Of a stretch of 64,000 nt of DNA, positions 13,091 through 26,324 are shown piece after piece. Source of the stretch: Felis catus (lineage: Eukaryota); assembly GCF_018350175.1 (NCBI RefSeq), contig NC_058369.1, forward strand, positions 994,001 to 1,058,000, written 5' to 3'. How positions within the stretch are numbered: the first letter of the stretch is position 1; every line of letters starts with the position of its first letter. The notes beneath the pieces are model-generated. The model made no database searches and was not told the origin of the DNA. It was given only the letters and a program-made list of their open reading frames with translations. The translations under genes and the position numbers were made by a program.

Positions 13091-14336
13091 TGGGCCGTGT
13101 TCTGGGGCCCAGGGCCTCATCCTTTGGGCCAGTGGCCTGACGGGCTGGGGCTCTAGTCGGAGAGGGAGCGGTCACCCTGGCGGTCGGCGGTGGGCAAGTG
13201 GCCCTCGGGGGCCGGGATCAAAGTGGCCTCTCGGGCCGCACCACCCACATGGGGACACCGTGCTGTTGGTCCTAACTGGACAGGGGCCGCCGTGCGGGCA
13301 CCTGGCCACCACCTCTCCAAAGCCATTTAGTGGACGCCTCGCGTGGGGGTAGCTGAGGGCAGGGGGTCCAGAGATAGAGACAGGGACACCGAGAGACCAG
13401 GGGCACAGGGGGCACTGACAGACACGTCCAGCGGCAGCTCTCGCGGACTCTGTCCTCGTCAGCTCAGACCCCACCACGCCAACCGGAGAAGAGATCCCGG
13501 TGCAGAAACAGCAATAAACACAGAACCCCCCGGGGGCACTCATTTCCGGAGGCTGAGTTTTCTCCTTGCTCTGGAAGCCCTCCTGCCCCCTGGTCGGCAA
13601 AGTTGGGGGTCAGTGTACCCACAGCCGACGGAGGGAGCCCCACATTTGCCGGTCCAGCATGTCCACCCCCACACGCCCTTTCTGTGGCAGCAGCGGGAGG
13701 GGCAGAGACCCCAAGTCAGTTGCGCCACTGTCCCGCTGAGACCCTCGCAGGCTCCCTACTGCCCTTGGAGATCAAATACAAACTGCTCCCGGGGGCCACG
13801 GCACAGGTGTGCCGCATTTTACACTGGGAAACCGGGGCTTGGAATGGAAGAGAGAGGGACTCGGCCAGACTTCTGGGCTCTGGCTCAGCTCGCAACAGAG
13901 GCAGCACCAGGCCCGAGATGGTCCGAGAGGGAGGAGGTCGGACACGGGGCAAGGGGCGGGAGAGGAGCTCCTCTCGAGGGGCAGGGCCGGCCAGGGGTCT
14001 CCAGGCACACACCCCGATGTCACAGCATCCCGGCGGGAAAGCTCAGGTCACTTACTCGAAGGACAGAGCCTCGTTCGTGTCCCGGTGACTCTTAGGCGTC
14101 AAACAAATATGACAGAGCTTAAGTTCTCGTCTCCAGGTGCAAGTCCCAGGGGAGAGGAATCCGGGGGTGCTGAGAAACCGGAGGCAGTAGAGGAGGCCGT
14201 GGCCGTGAAGGACCCCGGGCATCAGTGCCTCCCAGCCAGCTGGGCTTCATCCGGACTCCAATTTATCCAGAAACGTCACAATCCATTCCTCAGCCTCTGC
14301 TTGTTTGTTCGTTTGTTATTTTTTTACGATTTTATT

Positions 14337-14591
14337 TATTTTTTAACATTTACTCATTTATTTTTTTTTAATTTTTAAATGTTTATTTAAATCGAGAGAC
14401 AGGGAGAGGGAGAGGGAGAGAGAGATCATAAGCAGGGGAAGGGCAGAGAAAGGGAGACACAGAATCTGAAGCAGGCTCCAGGCTCTGAGCTGTCAGCACA
14501 GAGCCCAACACGGGGCTCGAACCCATGAACCGTGAGATCATGATCTGAACCGAAATCAGATGCTTAACCGACTGAGCCACCCAGGCGCCCC
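14337..14591 (-). mobile_element. Can-SINE nested in the tail of an older SINE
   Basis: Full reverse SINE; degenerate TSD TTTACGATTTTATT/TTTACCGTTTTATT (14323, 14592); older short SINE head continues at ~14606-14663. Confidence 0.85.
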
Positions 14592-14759
14592 TTTACCGTT
14601 TTATTAAGTGGGGCCCGCGATCAAGGGTCACACGCTCCATCAACTGAGCCAGCCAAGTGCCCCTCTTAGCCTCCGTTTAAACAGGAGATCAAATCTGTGA
14701 CTTAGTTTTGTATATTAAAAAATTGGAGCTTTATTCTCATTACAAAGGTAACATGTTAA

Positions 14760-14881
14760 GGGGCGCCTGGGTGGCTCAGTTGGTTGGGTGTCCAACTCTT
14801 GATTTTGGCTCAGGTTGTGATCCCAGGGTCGTGGGATCGAGCCCTGTGTCAGGCTCTGTGCTGAGCATAGAGCCTGTTAAG

Positions 14882-14927
<46 letters not shown>

Positions 14928-14979
14928 CTCTCCCCTGCTCACATGCTCTCTCTCTAAAATAATTTGTTTCTAATTTAAA
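14760..14979 (+). mobile_element. Can-SINE with (CT)n and TSD
   Basis: TSD AAAGGTAA(C/T)ATGTTAA at 14744-14759 and 14980-14995. Confidence 0.92.
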
Positions 14980-15061
14980 AAAGGTAATATGTTAACATTG
15001 TAGACATCTTAGAAGATACTGATAAAAGCAGAGAAAAGAAAAGAAAAAGCACCCAGTCCCT

Positions 15062-15372
15062 CTGTTGTGGGTTGACTATGGTGTCCCCTTAAAATCCATA
15101 TCCACCTGGGACCTCAGAATGTGACCTCATTTGGAAACAAGCTCTTTGCAAATCTCGGGATGAAATCACCCTGGGTTTAGGGTGGACACTAAATCCACAG
15201 AGCTGTCCTGGTAGGAGACAGGAAGGGACACAGAGACGCACGGAGAAGGCGACGTGGAGGCAGAGGCAGAGACCGGGGTTGTGGGGCCACAAGCCAAGGC
15301 CTGCCGGTGGCACCAGAAGCTGAGAGACAAGGGCCAAGGATGGTTTTTCCTGCAGAGCCTCCAGGAGGAACT
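15062..15372 (+). mobile_element. MLT1C-like MaLR LTR
   Basis: tgttgtgggttga…cctcagaatgtgacctcatttggaaa…ccagaagctgagaga, typical of MLT1. Confidence 0.8.
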
Positions 15373-15684
15373 GCGATGGTCAACTGGAAGACAGACAGAC
15401 GTATGGACAGGGACAGAGATGACGAAGAGGCAGCCCAAAGGACGGACAGGTGAGGGGAGAGGGAGTGGATGAGAGGAAATGTGTGAAGGGGCTCTGCACA
15501 GAGTAAGCAATGAGGTGTGAGCTTCCGGTGGGGTTGGGGTAGGGGGTGGGGGAGACCGCGGAGCGGATGAGCGTCTCGGTGGTAGTAGAATGGAGGAACG
15601 AATGGAGCTGTGATGGGCAAGTGAGCACCCAGGCAGAGGGGTAAGTACGTACGTACCTGCAGCAGTCTGTAAACAAAGGGCTGG

Positions 15685-16455
15685 GTGGACGGATGGATGG
15701 ACAGATGAATGGATGGATATATTATGGATGGTGGGTGTGTGGAAGGATGGACGGACGGGTGGATGGATGGATGGATGGAAGGGTACGTGATGGACAATAG
15801 ATGAATGGATGAACAAATGGATGGATGGGTTGAAGGGAGATGGATGGATGGATGGGTTAATGATGGATAAATAGATGAGTGGACGGATGGGTGGTGATAT
15901 GTGATGGATGGAGTGTAGATGGAAGGATGATGGCTAAATGGATGGAGGGGTGAATGGACGGGTCTATGGATGGATGGATGGAAGTATGAAAATATGGATG
16001 GACGGATGGATGGAAGGATATATTATGGATGGTGGGTGTGTGGAAGGATGGACGGACGGGTGGACGGATGGATGGATGGAAGGATGGATGGATGGATGGA
16101 TGGACGGATGGATGGATGGACGGACAGATGGATGGATGGATGGATGGATGGATGGACAGATTGACGGATGGACAGATGGACGGATGGATGAATGGATGGT
16201 TAGATAGAGGGATGGATGGATGGATGGATGGATGGATGGATAGATGGATGGACGGGTCTATGGATGGATGGATGGAAGTATGAAAATATGGATGGATGGA
16301 TGGATGGATGGGCGGACGGGTCTATGGATGGATGATGAATGGATGGATAGATAGTAGACACGTGATGGATGGAGTGTAGATGGGTGGACGGATGGCGTGA
16401 GTGAATGAACGGAAGAATGGACAGATGGATGACCATACAGATGGATGGATGAACA
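15685..16455. repeat. (TGGA)n simple repeat
   Basis: Long degenerate ATGG array. Confidence 0.95.
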
Positions 16456-16699
16456 TCAGGGCAGGTGGGTAGGTGGACAGTTGTCCCCGAGGGTCCAAGT
16501 GTAGCAGGGCTACAGGCCATCCCTTCCAGGGCCGTGTTGGCTCACAGGTGCTGCACTTCCAAGACTGGACACGGCCATCTGTGCCCCCTGGGTCCCACAG
16601 GCTCACCTTGGGGCGAGGGCATGGGGGGCCCAGAGTCAGCTACGTGACCCACCCCTGCACCACCCTGCCTTCCTTCTCCCCAGGAAGGGCAGTTCCGGG

Positions 16700-17260
16700 A
16701 GCAATAAACGGGGCAAAGACGCAAACAGGTAATTAATCTACGGGGGGGGGGGGTGTTAATACCTCGAAGACACGGGAGACACGCTGTCAGCTCCTACCAA
16801 TTAGTGGCCTAACCTGTGTGGGTGCTCTCCGTGGCGCCGCTGAGTTGATTACTCTAATTAATTTTGCATCGACCTCATGGATCTGCCGGGAGAGCGCCGA
16901 CTGGCCCGGGAGACGGACGCTGCCAGCCCGCCCGCGGCCCCCACTGCCGGGCTCCCCCCACCCAGCCACTCGGACTCCCCTCACTGCCCGCTCTGCAAGG
17001 TCAAATGCCTCTTCACCTGGCCTTCAAGGCCCCGGGCGGGGGGCACTCCTGTCCCGGCTGAGTCCGGCCAGGCGCCCAGGACACCGGACCGGCCTCGCTG
17101 GCGGCACAGAGTGGGGAGAGGGCGCGGCTGGGAACCCGCCCCATCCAGCCGGGGCTGGTCACAGTGGTGGACGGGTGGCCCAGGGCCGACGGGAGACCCC
17201 TCGGTGGGCCTCCCCGCACCACCCACAGCCTTTGGCGGCTGCCCCGCGGGAAGGAATCCA
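16700..17260. promoter_or_regulatory. TAAT-rich, CpG-rich non-repeat block; candidate enhancer
   Basis: GGTAATTAAT, CCAATTAG, TTGATTA and CTAATTAATT within 16725-16870, followed by CpG-rich DNA. Confidence 0.45.
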
Positions 17261-17325
17261 GGAGGGGGTGTGCCGCGAATCAACTGCCTGTGGCTGACTG
17301 TGGGAACTGCCCTCAAGTGGAGTGG

Positions 17326-17740
17326 GCGTTAGTTTCCTTCTCCTCCCATAGCAAATCACCACGGACTTAGGAGCGTAAGACCACACGGGCTTATCCTCTG
17401 ACACTTCTGGAGGTCAGGAGTCTGACACGGGCCTCCCGGGGCGAACGCCCAGGCATGGGCAGGGCTGCTCCCCTGGGGCCCCAGGGAGCCCCGTCTCCCC
17501 CCTTTTCTGGCTTCCAGAGGCGCCGCATCCTGGGCCCGCGGCCCCTCCTCAACCTCACGGCCGGCAGCGCGGGGTCCGCCCGGCTCTCTGCCTCCCTCTC
17601 GTGAGGACGCTGGGCCCCCCCGGGGCACCCGGGGTCACCCCCCTGGGGGCCTTAATCTCATTCACAAAGTCCCTTCTGCCACTAGGGTTCATACCCAAGG
17701 CTCCCAGGGCTGGGGTGGGGGCGTTATTCTGCTGACCACA
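17326..17740 (-). mobile_element. MLT1-type MaLR LTR
   Basis: ttagtttcc…agcaaatcaccac…ttctggaggtcaggagtctga…attctgctgaccaca, reverse MLT1 pattern. Confidence 0.7.
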
Positions 17741-18698
17741 GAGGGGCATACTCATACTGGGGCAAGCCAGTCCCCCAACTGTGTGGTCAGAAGCTGGACA
17801 CAGCCGTGCCTGAATGAACCGTTGAACGTGGGGGTCAACAGAAGGCCAAAGACCGGGAGAGCCCACACATCCAGGAAGAACAACATGGGACCAGCACCCT
17901 CCTGTGCAGCACCCCGGGGCTCAGGCGAGAATCACCGCAGGGGACCCCGGCTTACGGCCGAGTGCATCCACACACACCCGTGAAGGTTGTGCATCCACAC
18001 ACACCCAGAAGGCTCCCACGCGGCCCCAACCAGTCTACACCCCCTGGAGGCCCTCACGGCCCAGTCGAGTCCCACTAGTTCTGGAAATTCGTATAAATGG
18101 GGCTTATGAGAGCTCTTTTGCTTCCTGTGTGTTCACTCCGTCTGAGAGACAGCTTCTGTGTGGACAGAAGCTCTCGTCCCTCTGGGGTGGAGCTGTCCCC
18201 CCCTCCCGGCTCTGGGGACAGTGGACAGACGGGAGCTGGCGCGGCCAGTCTCCTCAAGTGTTTGAGCCAACTCGGACCCCCGGTAGCAGTGGGCGAGGGC
18301 CCTCCCTCCTCCACTCCAGGAGGGCTGACCGGCCGTCGGATGCTCAGAAGGGATCTGCCACCACCATTCGACAGCCAGTAGTAGTCGCTTCAGATCTGCC
18401 TTCCCTTAAGGGACGGTAAAATTGAGGGCAAGGATGACGAAGGTGAGAGGTGCGTGCAGCCCCCGGCCCTGAGGTTCGAGCAGCAGACGGGGACGCGGAT
18501 GGCAGGGGGAATCCAGCCCAGGAAGCCGCACACGGGGGTCCCGCGCGTCCTCCGGGTAAGAAGACGCAGGTTCCAGGGGGAAAGGGCGGAAAGAGAAGAG
18601 ACAAGAGACTCGCATGGGGACGGTCTGGCAGAGGAACAAGGACGGAAGGAGACCCCAACACCGTTCCCTGTGCTGCCGACCCGGAACCAGCACCGCGG

Positions 18699-18913
18699 GG
18701 GGCGCCTGGAGGGCTCGGTGGGGTGAGCGTCTGACTTCGGCTCAGGTCATGGTCTCGAGGTTCGTGAGTTCGAGCCCCACGTCGGGCTCTGTGCCGACAG
18801 CTCGGAGCCTGGAGCCTGTTTCGGAGTCTGTGGCTCCCTCTCTCTCTGCCCCTCCCCTGCTCGCACTCTGTCTCCCCAAAACGAATGAACGTTAAAAAAA
18901 AAAAAATTAAAAA
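18699..18913 (+). mobile_element. Can-SINE
   Basis: Full SINE, with CAGCACCGCGG repeated on both sides as the TSD. Confidence 0.92.
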
Positions 18914-19554
18914 GCATCAGCACCGCGGAACATCCAGGGCACGCGGACTGCCGGTTTGCCAGAAGGTTCCGGAAGGCAGGGCCAACGGAACCGCATTCCG
19001 CAGACAGCAGAAGAAAACCTTGCTCGGTGAGGAATGGGTCTGGGTCTACACAAGCCCAGAAAAGGGGCTTCCGTCCCTGAGGCAAAAGTAGAGGAAAACG
19101 ACCAACGTCAACCTTCCTCCTGGCGGGATGGGTGCGTTTGGAGACTAAAGGGAAGCGACTGGAAAGCAGCAGATGAAACAGAGAGCAAAGGAAATCTCAG
19201 AAACCGTCGCGGCCGAGGAGATAAAGGGGACGCGAGGACCGAAGGCGTGGCCGATTCTGGGGCAGAAAAAGGACATTTCGGGGACTCTAGGAAATTGGAA
19301 GACAGCGTGACCCTTGGTTATTAATACGTATCCGTATCGGCCCATTAGCTGGGGCACCTGAGACGCTAATAACCAGGAACCGGCTACGGGGCTCCAGGAA
19401 ATCTCTTCCTCGTCCGGAGTGTGTTTCCTGTAAATCTAACACGGCTCCAAAAAAAAAAAAAATAAAGCTCATTAAAACACACAAACCTCCTACAAGAGAT
19501 AAAAATCAACTTGGTTTCGGATTTCTCCTTGATAACCTCACATTTAAACTTAAA

Positions 19555-19757
19555 AACTAATTTTTGTGAATGTTTATTTATTTTTGAGAGACAGAGCGCG
19601 AGCCGGGGAGGGGCAGAGAGAGAGAGAGGGAGGGACGCAGGATCCAGGCTCTGAGCTGTCAGCACAGAGCCGGACGCGGGGCTTGAACCCACGGACCGTG
19701 AGATCATGACCGGAGCTGAAGTGGGACGCTTCACCGACGGAACCCCCCAGGCGGCCC
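19555..19757 (-). mobile_element. Can-SINE
   Basis: Reverse SINE body and tail. Confidence 0.9.
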
Positions 19758-20367
19758 TCAGCTCGCATTTTAAAGGCAGTAAGGCCTCCTCACGCACCCA
19801 CAGAGATGAGTATGTGAGGTCGTAGGTTCATCGACAGGGCGGCGGGGCCGGCGGCGGGTGGGGGGGGGTCCTTCACAACGTGAACACGACACGCGTCAAA
19901 TATCCTCCGATGTTATGTGTCGATGACACCTCGATAAGACCGGGAAGAAACATTTTTAAAAGGCCGTAAGCAAAACATTTTCACGGGAAAGCACGGTCCC
20001 AGCCAAGTCACCTTCTCAGAGGCAGCTCGGGAAGCCTTTCCTAGAAGATCTGACGAACGCTGTGCAGACAGACAGACGGAAGCGAAATACAGGAATCCCC
20101 CAAAGAAGTGAGTGTGATGCACGATTATAGCATTTACACACTATGTTGTGTACGTAGAAAAGTTGGAAATTTGACTATGATGCAGACGGTAAATGTAATT
20201 TTTGAGAGATGATACGTAACGTGCAAACATAACCATTTAGTGGCGGAAAAGACTGGGACGAAATCCTTGATCAGATCAACACAAAGCGGGAGTTTTAGGG
20301 AAGCGACAAAAGGTTAGTAGTGGGTGTTGTCCTATTAATAAAATTACGTCTTTGAAAGACACATGGT

Positions 20368-20573
20368 GGGGAGCCTGGGTGGCTCAGTCAGTTGACCATC
20401 TGACTTCAGCTCAGGTCACGATCTCACGGTTCGTGGGTTCGAGCCCCGCGTCGGGCTCTGTGCCGACAGCTCGGAGCCCGGAGCCTGTTTCGGATTCTGT
20501 GTCTCCCTCTCTCTCTGCCCCTCCTCCACTCTCACTCTGTCTCTCAAAAGAGAATAAATGTTAAAAAAAAAAA
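20368..20573 (+). mobile_element. Can-SINE
   Basis: Head, body and A tail. Confidence 0.92.
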
Positions 20574-20599
20574 GGGTTTTTTTTTTTAATGTTATTTTA

Positions 20600-21603
20600 A
20601 AACATAAGAGGAAATCTAGATGCCCTTGGGTTTGGAGAGGCCTTTTCAGATGTTACCCCCAGAGGCGCGACCCACGAAAGGCGTGACTGATCCACTGGGC
20701 TCCGCTAAAACTGACAGCTTGTGCCGTGAGAGACACCGTCAACGGAATAAGAAGAAAAGCCACAGACTGGAGGGAAATATTTGCAACAGACACGTCTGAT
20801 AAAGGACTGCTATCCAAAATATGCAAAGAGCATGCGAAAGTCAACAACGAGAAAACAACATGATTGAAAGGTGGGACGAAGGCCCGAACAGGCACCTCGC
20901 CAGCAAAGATGGGCAGGTGGCAGGTGAGTTCGTGTGGGTCCCGAGGAGACTGCAGATAAAACGACGAGATAGCAGTGCACCCGACCGGAACGGCCAAAAG
21001 CCCGACGGCGGGGGTGGGGGGCAGGGGGCACCGCTCGGAAGGACGGTGTGTCTGGAAACCAAGATGTCCTTCAACAGGTGCACGGAGAATGGCACAGTGC
21101 TCCGCCCAGATGACGGGACAGACGGCTGAAAAGAAACGGGCCATCGAGCCGCACAGAGACATGGAGGAGCCTCAGACGCCCGGCACTCGGTGACGGAAGC
21201 CAGGCCGAGGAGGCGACACCCAGTGTGGTTCCAAGTCCAGGATGTGCTGGAAAAGGCAGGACCGCAGGGGGCGGGGGGTGGGGGGCACGGCTGTCGGGGT
21301 GGGGGAGGGTGAATGGGCAGAACACAGGGATTTCGGGGCCGCGGGACTGTTCTGCCTGAGGCCACAGTGGGGGGAACGTGAGCTCAGGCAATGAAACGCC
21401 ACGGAAGGCACAGCACCTGCAGTGAATCTGAACGTGGCCGGCAGACTTGGGGAGATAATGACGCATGAAGCAGTCTCACCCCGTGTGACAAATGAGCCCC
21501 TGATGGAGGAGGCCTGGGTGCGTGGGGACAGTAGGTGCGTGGGAAGCTCGGATCTTCTGCTCAAGTTTTTCAGAGGACCTACAACTGCTCTAAAAAGTAA
21601 AGT
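20600..21603 (+). mobile_element. old L1 (L1MC-like) ORF2 3' end and 3' UTR
   Basis: …aagccacagactggagggaaatatttgcaa…tctgataaaggactgctatccaaaatat… is L1 ORF2 C-terminal sequence; ends …actgctctaaaaagtaaagt, like L1MC 3' ends. Confidence 0.8.
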
Positions 21604-21850
21604 GGGGTGTCTGGGGGGCTCGGTCGGGTAAGCGCCCGACTTTGGCTCAGGTCATGATCTCACGGTTCATGAGTTCGAGCCCCGCGTCGGGCTCTGTGCT
21701 GACGGCTTGGAGCCTGGAGCCTGCTTCCGATTCTGTGTCTCCCTCTCTCTCTGCCCCCACCCCCCACTCGCTCTCTCTGTCTGTCTGTCTCTCTCTGTCC
21801 TTCCCCACTCCTGCTGCCTCTGTCTCTCTCAAAACAAATAAATAAACTTA
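21604..21850 (+). mobile_element. Can-SINE
   Basis: Head, extended CT region, AATAAA tail. Confidence 0.9.
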
Positions 21851-22214
21851 AGAAGCATGAAATGCCCACAAAACGTGCAACGAATAGGCTGGCACGAAGC
21901 TGTCACATAAGGGAACAGTCTCAGACGTTCAGAACAAAGTGGCCAGAAGCCTCGCATCTCTCCTGGTCCTGGTCAAAGGGGATTAAACAGAAAAGTAAGC
22001 CAGACAAGGGTCAGTGTGGTGGAAATAAGGAGGTGGAGCCTATGAGCCCGTCACAGGGCCAGGACAGCGGACAGAACTTCTCCCGAGACCCGTGGAGGCT
22101 GGAAGAGGCAGCTGCCTCCTGGACACAGAGCCCAGCGCCTTCCAGAGAGCGGGAGGACCCCGGCCGTGCTGGCTAGCCACGAGGAACAACGCCAGAAATA
22201 AAAATAAACTTTTG

Positions 22215-22453
22215 TTCTGTTTTTTTTTTTATAATTGTATGTATATTTTAACATTTATTATTTGAGAGAGAGAGAGAGAGAGACAGAGCATGAGCGGGGG
22301 AGGGGCAGAGAAAGGGAGACACAGAATCAGAAGCAGGCTCTAGGCTCCGAGCTGTCAGCCTAGAGCCCGATGTGGGGCTCGAACCCACGAACCGTGAGAT
22401 CATGACCTGAGCCGAAATCAGACGCTTAACCGACTGAGCCACCCAGGCGCCCC
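22215..22453 (-). mobile_element. Can-SINE
   Basis: Reverse full-length SINE. Confidence 0.92.
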
Positions 22454-22519
22454 TAAAAACGACATATTAAAAAGAAGTAACTCTCAGGTCAAAACAGTTC
22501 CAGAGTGTTTTAGAAACGG

Positions 22520-23427
22520 GTCCAAGTCCATTGCCCTAAATGCTTTCATTGCTGGAGAAAAAAACAAACAAAGCAGTAACTGTAAATAAAGTCAGCAGCT
22601 CAGGAAGGGAGAGGTAAGCCCAAATCAGAGCTAACGAAGGCAGAGGACAAATTAATAGAGATAAAAGCCAAAATTAATGGCTTAGAAAAGGGGGAAACAG
22701 CAGAATTAATAAATAAATCCCATGGCTGCTTTTCTGAAAAAAAAAATTAAATAAATAAAGCGCTTTAAAATAGATAAACAGGCTGGTGTAATCAAGAAGA
22801 CCCGAGAAAGAAACACAAATGAGAATTAGGGATAAAAGAGAGTCCGTGAAACCATAAATAGCAAGGGTGTTTAGATGCCCCGCGAAAGAACGCTGTGGGC
22901 TTCTGCGCTAACGAACTTGAAGACGGGGGTGAAACGGGTGATTTTCTGGGAAAAAAACCTAAGTTACCAAAATCGGCCCCCAAAGCAGCAGAGCGAGAAA
23001 GGAAAATGCGTGACCGGGCGCAGGCCTAGACGGTGCGGGGGGCTCCTCGCGGAATAACTGGAAAGAGGCGTTCCAGCAAAAACTTGTGCACTCGTGTCCG
23101 CGCAGCCGCAGGTCCAGACGACCCACAGGTCGACAGGTTCATCGACAGGTGACTGGATGAACAAAACGTGCACCATCCGCACACGGGAACATTATTCACC
23201 CGGAGCAGGAGTGAGGCCCCCCCCCCCCCCGCCGCCCCGCGGACGGGCCCTGAACACGCGACGCTCAGGGAGGGAACCAGACACGAGAGGCCACACGGGG
23301 TGTGAGTCCATGTGTATGAAACGTCCAGAACGGGCTCATCCGGGGACAGGAGGGGGGCTCGTGGGGGCCGCGGGAGGGGGAGGGAAGGGGGTGACGGCTG
23401 ATGGGACGGGGCTTCCTGTAGGGGAGA
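22520..23427 (+). mobile_element. degenerate L1 fragments (ORF2 piece plus 3' UTR piece)
   Basis: A-rich ORF2-like sequence at 22520-22990; L1MB-like 3' UTR motifs (aaaacttgtgcac…ggatgaacaaaacgtg…tgaaacgtccagaa) at 23050-23427. Confidence 0.6.
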
Positions 23428-23640
23428 TGTGATACTGTTATTCATAATTAGAAACACATATATTTGGTCTTCGGCTCCGTGCCCGGAACAGAGCTTACAA
23501 AACCTTGGACGTAGAGGAATCTTTTGTTATTCTTAACAGGCCCCTTCCAACCACACCTGACTCCATGTTAATGAGGCAACTTTTGGAAAGCCCCTAGGGA
23601 CGGGGTCTGGAGGGTGGGAGATTGTGGGGGGGGGAAGGCC
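23428..23640 (+). mobile_element. MER21-like ERV LTR fragment
   Basis: tgtgatactgt…atatatttggtcttc…cagagct…accacacctga resembles the MER21-family 5' end. Confidence 0.5.
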
Positions 23641-23754
23641 AAGGACCAGTGTCCACTCTGTGGGTTCACAGTTGAAGTTCCTTCAGGGGTAGAGAAAGGA
23701 GAAATAAACTTGATTCTGCTCAGCCATCCAGAAGCATGGAAAATGAGAAACGTC

Positions 23755-24172
23755 CCTGCACTGGGGACACTGTCCTGTCCCCACAGTTCATGTCCACTCA
23801 GAAGCTCAGAAAGTCACCTTACTTGGAAGTAGGGTCTTTGCAGGTGTAATAGGCTAAGGGGAGGTCACGCCGGGGTAGGGTGACCCTGAATCCAGTGACT
23901 GAGGTCCCTTTAAGGAGGCCACGGGAAAACCGGGACAGCCACACAGGGGAGACAGCCACGTGAGGACAGAGGTGGAGGTCTGAGTCACCCTGTTACTATC
24001 CAAGGAGCCCCCAGGATTGCCAGCGCCCCCAGAAGCTGAAGGACACGGAACAGATTCTCCCTCAGAGCTTCTAGAAGGAAGCGGCCCCCAGAGCCGTGGG
24101 GAAATTAATTTCTGTGGTTTTGAGCCACCCAGCTTGTGGTACGTCGTTATGGCCACTCCACGAAATTAATAC
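23755..24172 (+). mobile_element. MLT1C-like MaLR LTR
   Basis: ttcatgtccac…agggtctttgcaggtgtaat…cagattctccctcagagc…aaattaataca terminus. Confidence 0.8.
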
Positions 24173-24184
24173 AGTCCCCTCCCC

Positions 24185-25980
24185 ATTACAGTATTTTACA
24201 AAACCGGAAGACCCCAACACCAAACTGCCAGAAATAAAATGACAAAGAGACCTGTCGGCCCCTCCCATCCCTCAAAGGATGCGGGAGCTCAAAGCTGTTG
24301 TCCAGGTGAATCCAGAGATATTTGAAGAAAAAAAACCCACCATCGTCAAATAAGGCAGAAGTTAGTCAGAATTCGCAAATCCACTCACACACCTCACTGT
24401 CTTAATGGCTAGGAGGGAATGAACACAAAGCTTCGTCAGTAGGTGCCACAACCTTGGACAGAAGTTCTAGGTAAGGTGGGGATAGGAGGCTGTGCCCGTC
24501 ATGCGATAAAGAAAACACATCGGTCAACATCATTATTAATCACGGGAAATCTTCATGGCAGTCTGGAAGAAGTTCTCGAGGACGGCTTCTGCTTTGCTCA
24601 TTGGTGACCCACACGTGCCTTGAAAGGGGTCAAGGTGTCCACGTGGGAGCGCAGCTGGACGTGAGGTCCACGCAGGACGCTGCATCGAGTGACCATCCCA
24701 AAGTCTCTGAAGCCCAGCGCACATGTACAGTGAGTGCTGAACGGGGACATCCACGTCCTTCTGATGGGATCAGCCCCCTTCCCTTTTCCAGGACGCCTGC
24801 TGGCCAATGCCGATTACCCAGAGTAAGCCATCTGCATTGCCAGTGTGCTTTGACCTTCCCCACCAGAAGCGCTAGCCCACTCTATAAGACAGGAAAACAA
24901 AATAGTCTGGGTTGATGTTGGACGAGGAGGCAACAGACTGGATTGTATTGTTACAGCCCCAATACGAAAGCAATCAACCATCATTATTTTTGGAGGGTGT
25001 CATGGTATCATGGAAACACCAAGAAAATTTATGAAGAACCATCAGTGGGGCACCTGGGTGGCTCAATCGGTTGAGCTTGTGACCTCGGCTCAGGTCGTGA
25101 TCTCACGGTCTGTGGGTTCGAGCCCCTGCATCGGGCTCTGTGCTGACAGCTCGGAGCCTGGAGCCTGCTTCGGATTCTGTGTCTCCTTCTTTCTCTGCCC
25201 CTCCCCCGCTCATGCTCTGTCTCTGTCTCTCAAAAAACAAATAAAAGTTAGAAAAAAAAAAGAACCACCAGCGTATTGAAGATGGTTACAAGACAAATAT
25301 ACAAAACCAACAACAGCTTTCACAGACTGGCAGGAACCAGTGAGAACACATATTACAAAAAATAATAATTTACCCATAACAACAATAGAACAAAAACTCC
25401 ACAGGCTTTGGGGGAAAAAAAAAAAACAACCACATGTAAGACACATGCAGGGATGTCAAAAAATATCAACTATTGAAGGGCAAAAAAAGAGCGTGGAATA
25501 AACAGTGAGAGATGCCCCACGCACTGAGTGAAAAGATCCAATAATGTGAAAATGCCGATTTCCTCTAAATTAATCTATACATTTTTATTTCAATACCAAT
25601 CAAAATTCCAATCAGTTTTATTTCACAGGGTGAGGGAGAACTGAGCAGAACTATTCTAAAGTTCATGTGGCAGAAAACACACTTGGGGTTGCCTGGATTT
25701 TAAGAGCAGTGGCGTGTTGGGGGCACTCGCTTTTGCACACACACAGAAATGATGGGTAGCGTGAAATTACAGGAATTAGGAAGTTATGACGTTCCACTAT
25801 CACTGGCCAGAAGGCTAACCGAAGTGTGTATTAACTTCACATTAATGGAGGTGCCTTTTCGTTTTCAGTGGGAGACAGCTGTTGGCACAGCTGGGCACCA
25901 TTTACAGAGATATTGAAGGGGGCTGTCTACACCTCCCTTACACCGCAGAGAACCCATTCCCGAGGGCCTAAAATCCCTCA
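24185..25980 (+). mobile_element. degenerate ancient L1 ORF2 (RT region) fragments
   Basis: Motifs such as caaatatacaaaaccaaca and aaattaatctatacattttt…caatcaaaattcca; no open frame. Confidence 0.55.
25047..25260 (+). mobile_element. Can-SINE inserted in L1
   Basis: TSD AAGAACCA(T/C)CAG on both sides. Confidence 0.92.
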
Positions 25981-26324
25981 CGATCATACGGAGCTCGTCG
26001 TAAGATGTTCATCGCACGTTCTTTGACTCGTTTCGCTTTTCTGGTTGTTTGTTGTTGCTGTTACTGGAAAGAAGATAAATGTCTGACTCCGTCAGGGTCT
26101 CCGCCATCGCACATTGACTGCAAATCGGGCCCAAATCTTCGGACTTTCTTTCGAGGGGACTTTGCTGTGAGGGACGGGGGCTAACGTCCCGCCCCCGGGC
26201 TCAACCATGTGACTTGCCGGGGCGCCGGGGACGTTGGGGGCTGTGAGCCAAGCGGAGACCTAACTTGGCCTCAGTGACACGGGGCACCACGTCCTCACCC
26301 CTCACTGCCGTGCCCAGATGCACG

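Noticed and set aside
15166..16520. MDGW/HPSI-repeat ORFs (also at 31957-33163)
   Set aside because: Translations of (TGGA)n simple repeats.
18916..18935. RE1-like ATCAGCACCGCGGAACATCC
   Set aside because: Right half-site is poor, and the sequence lies in a SINE TSD; probably chance.
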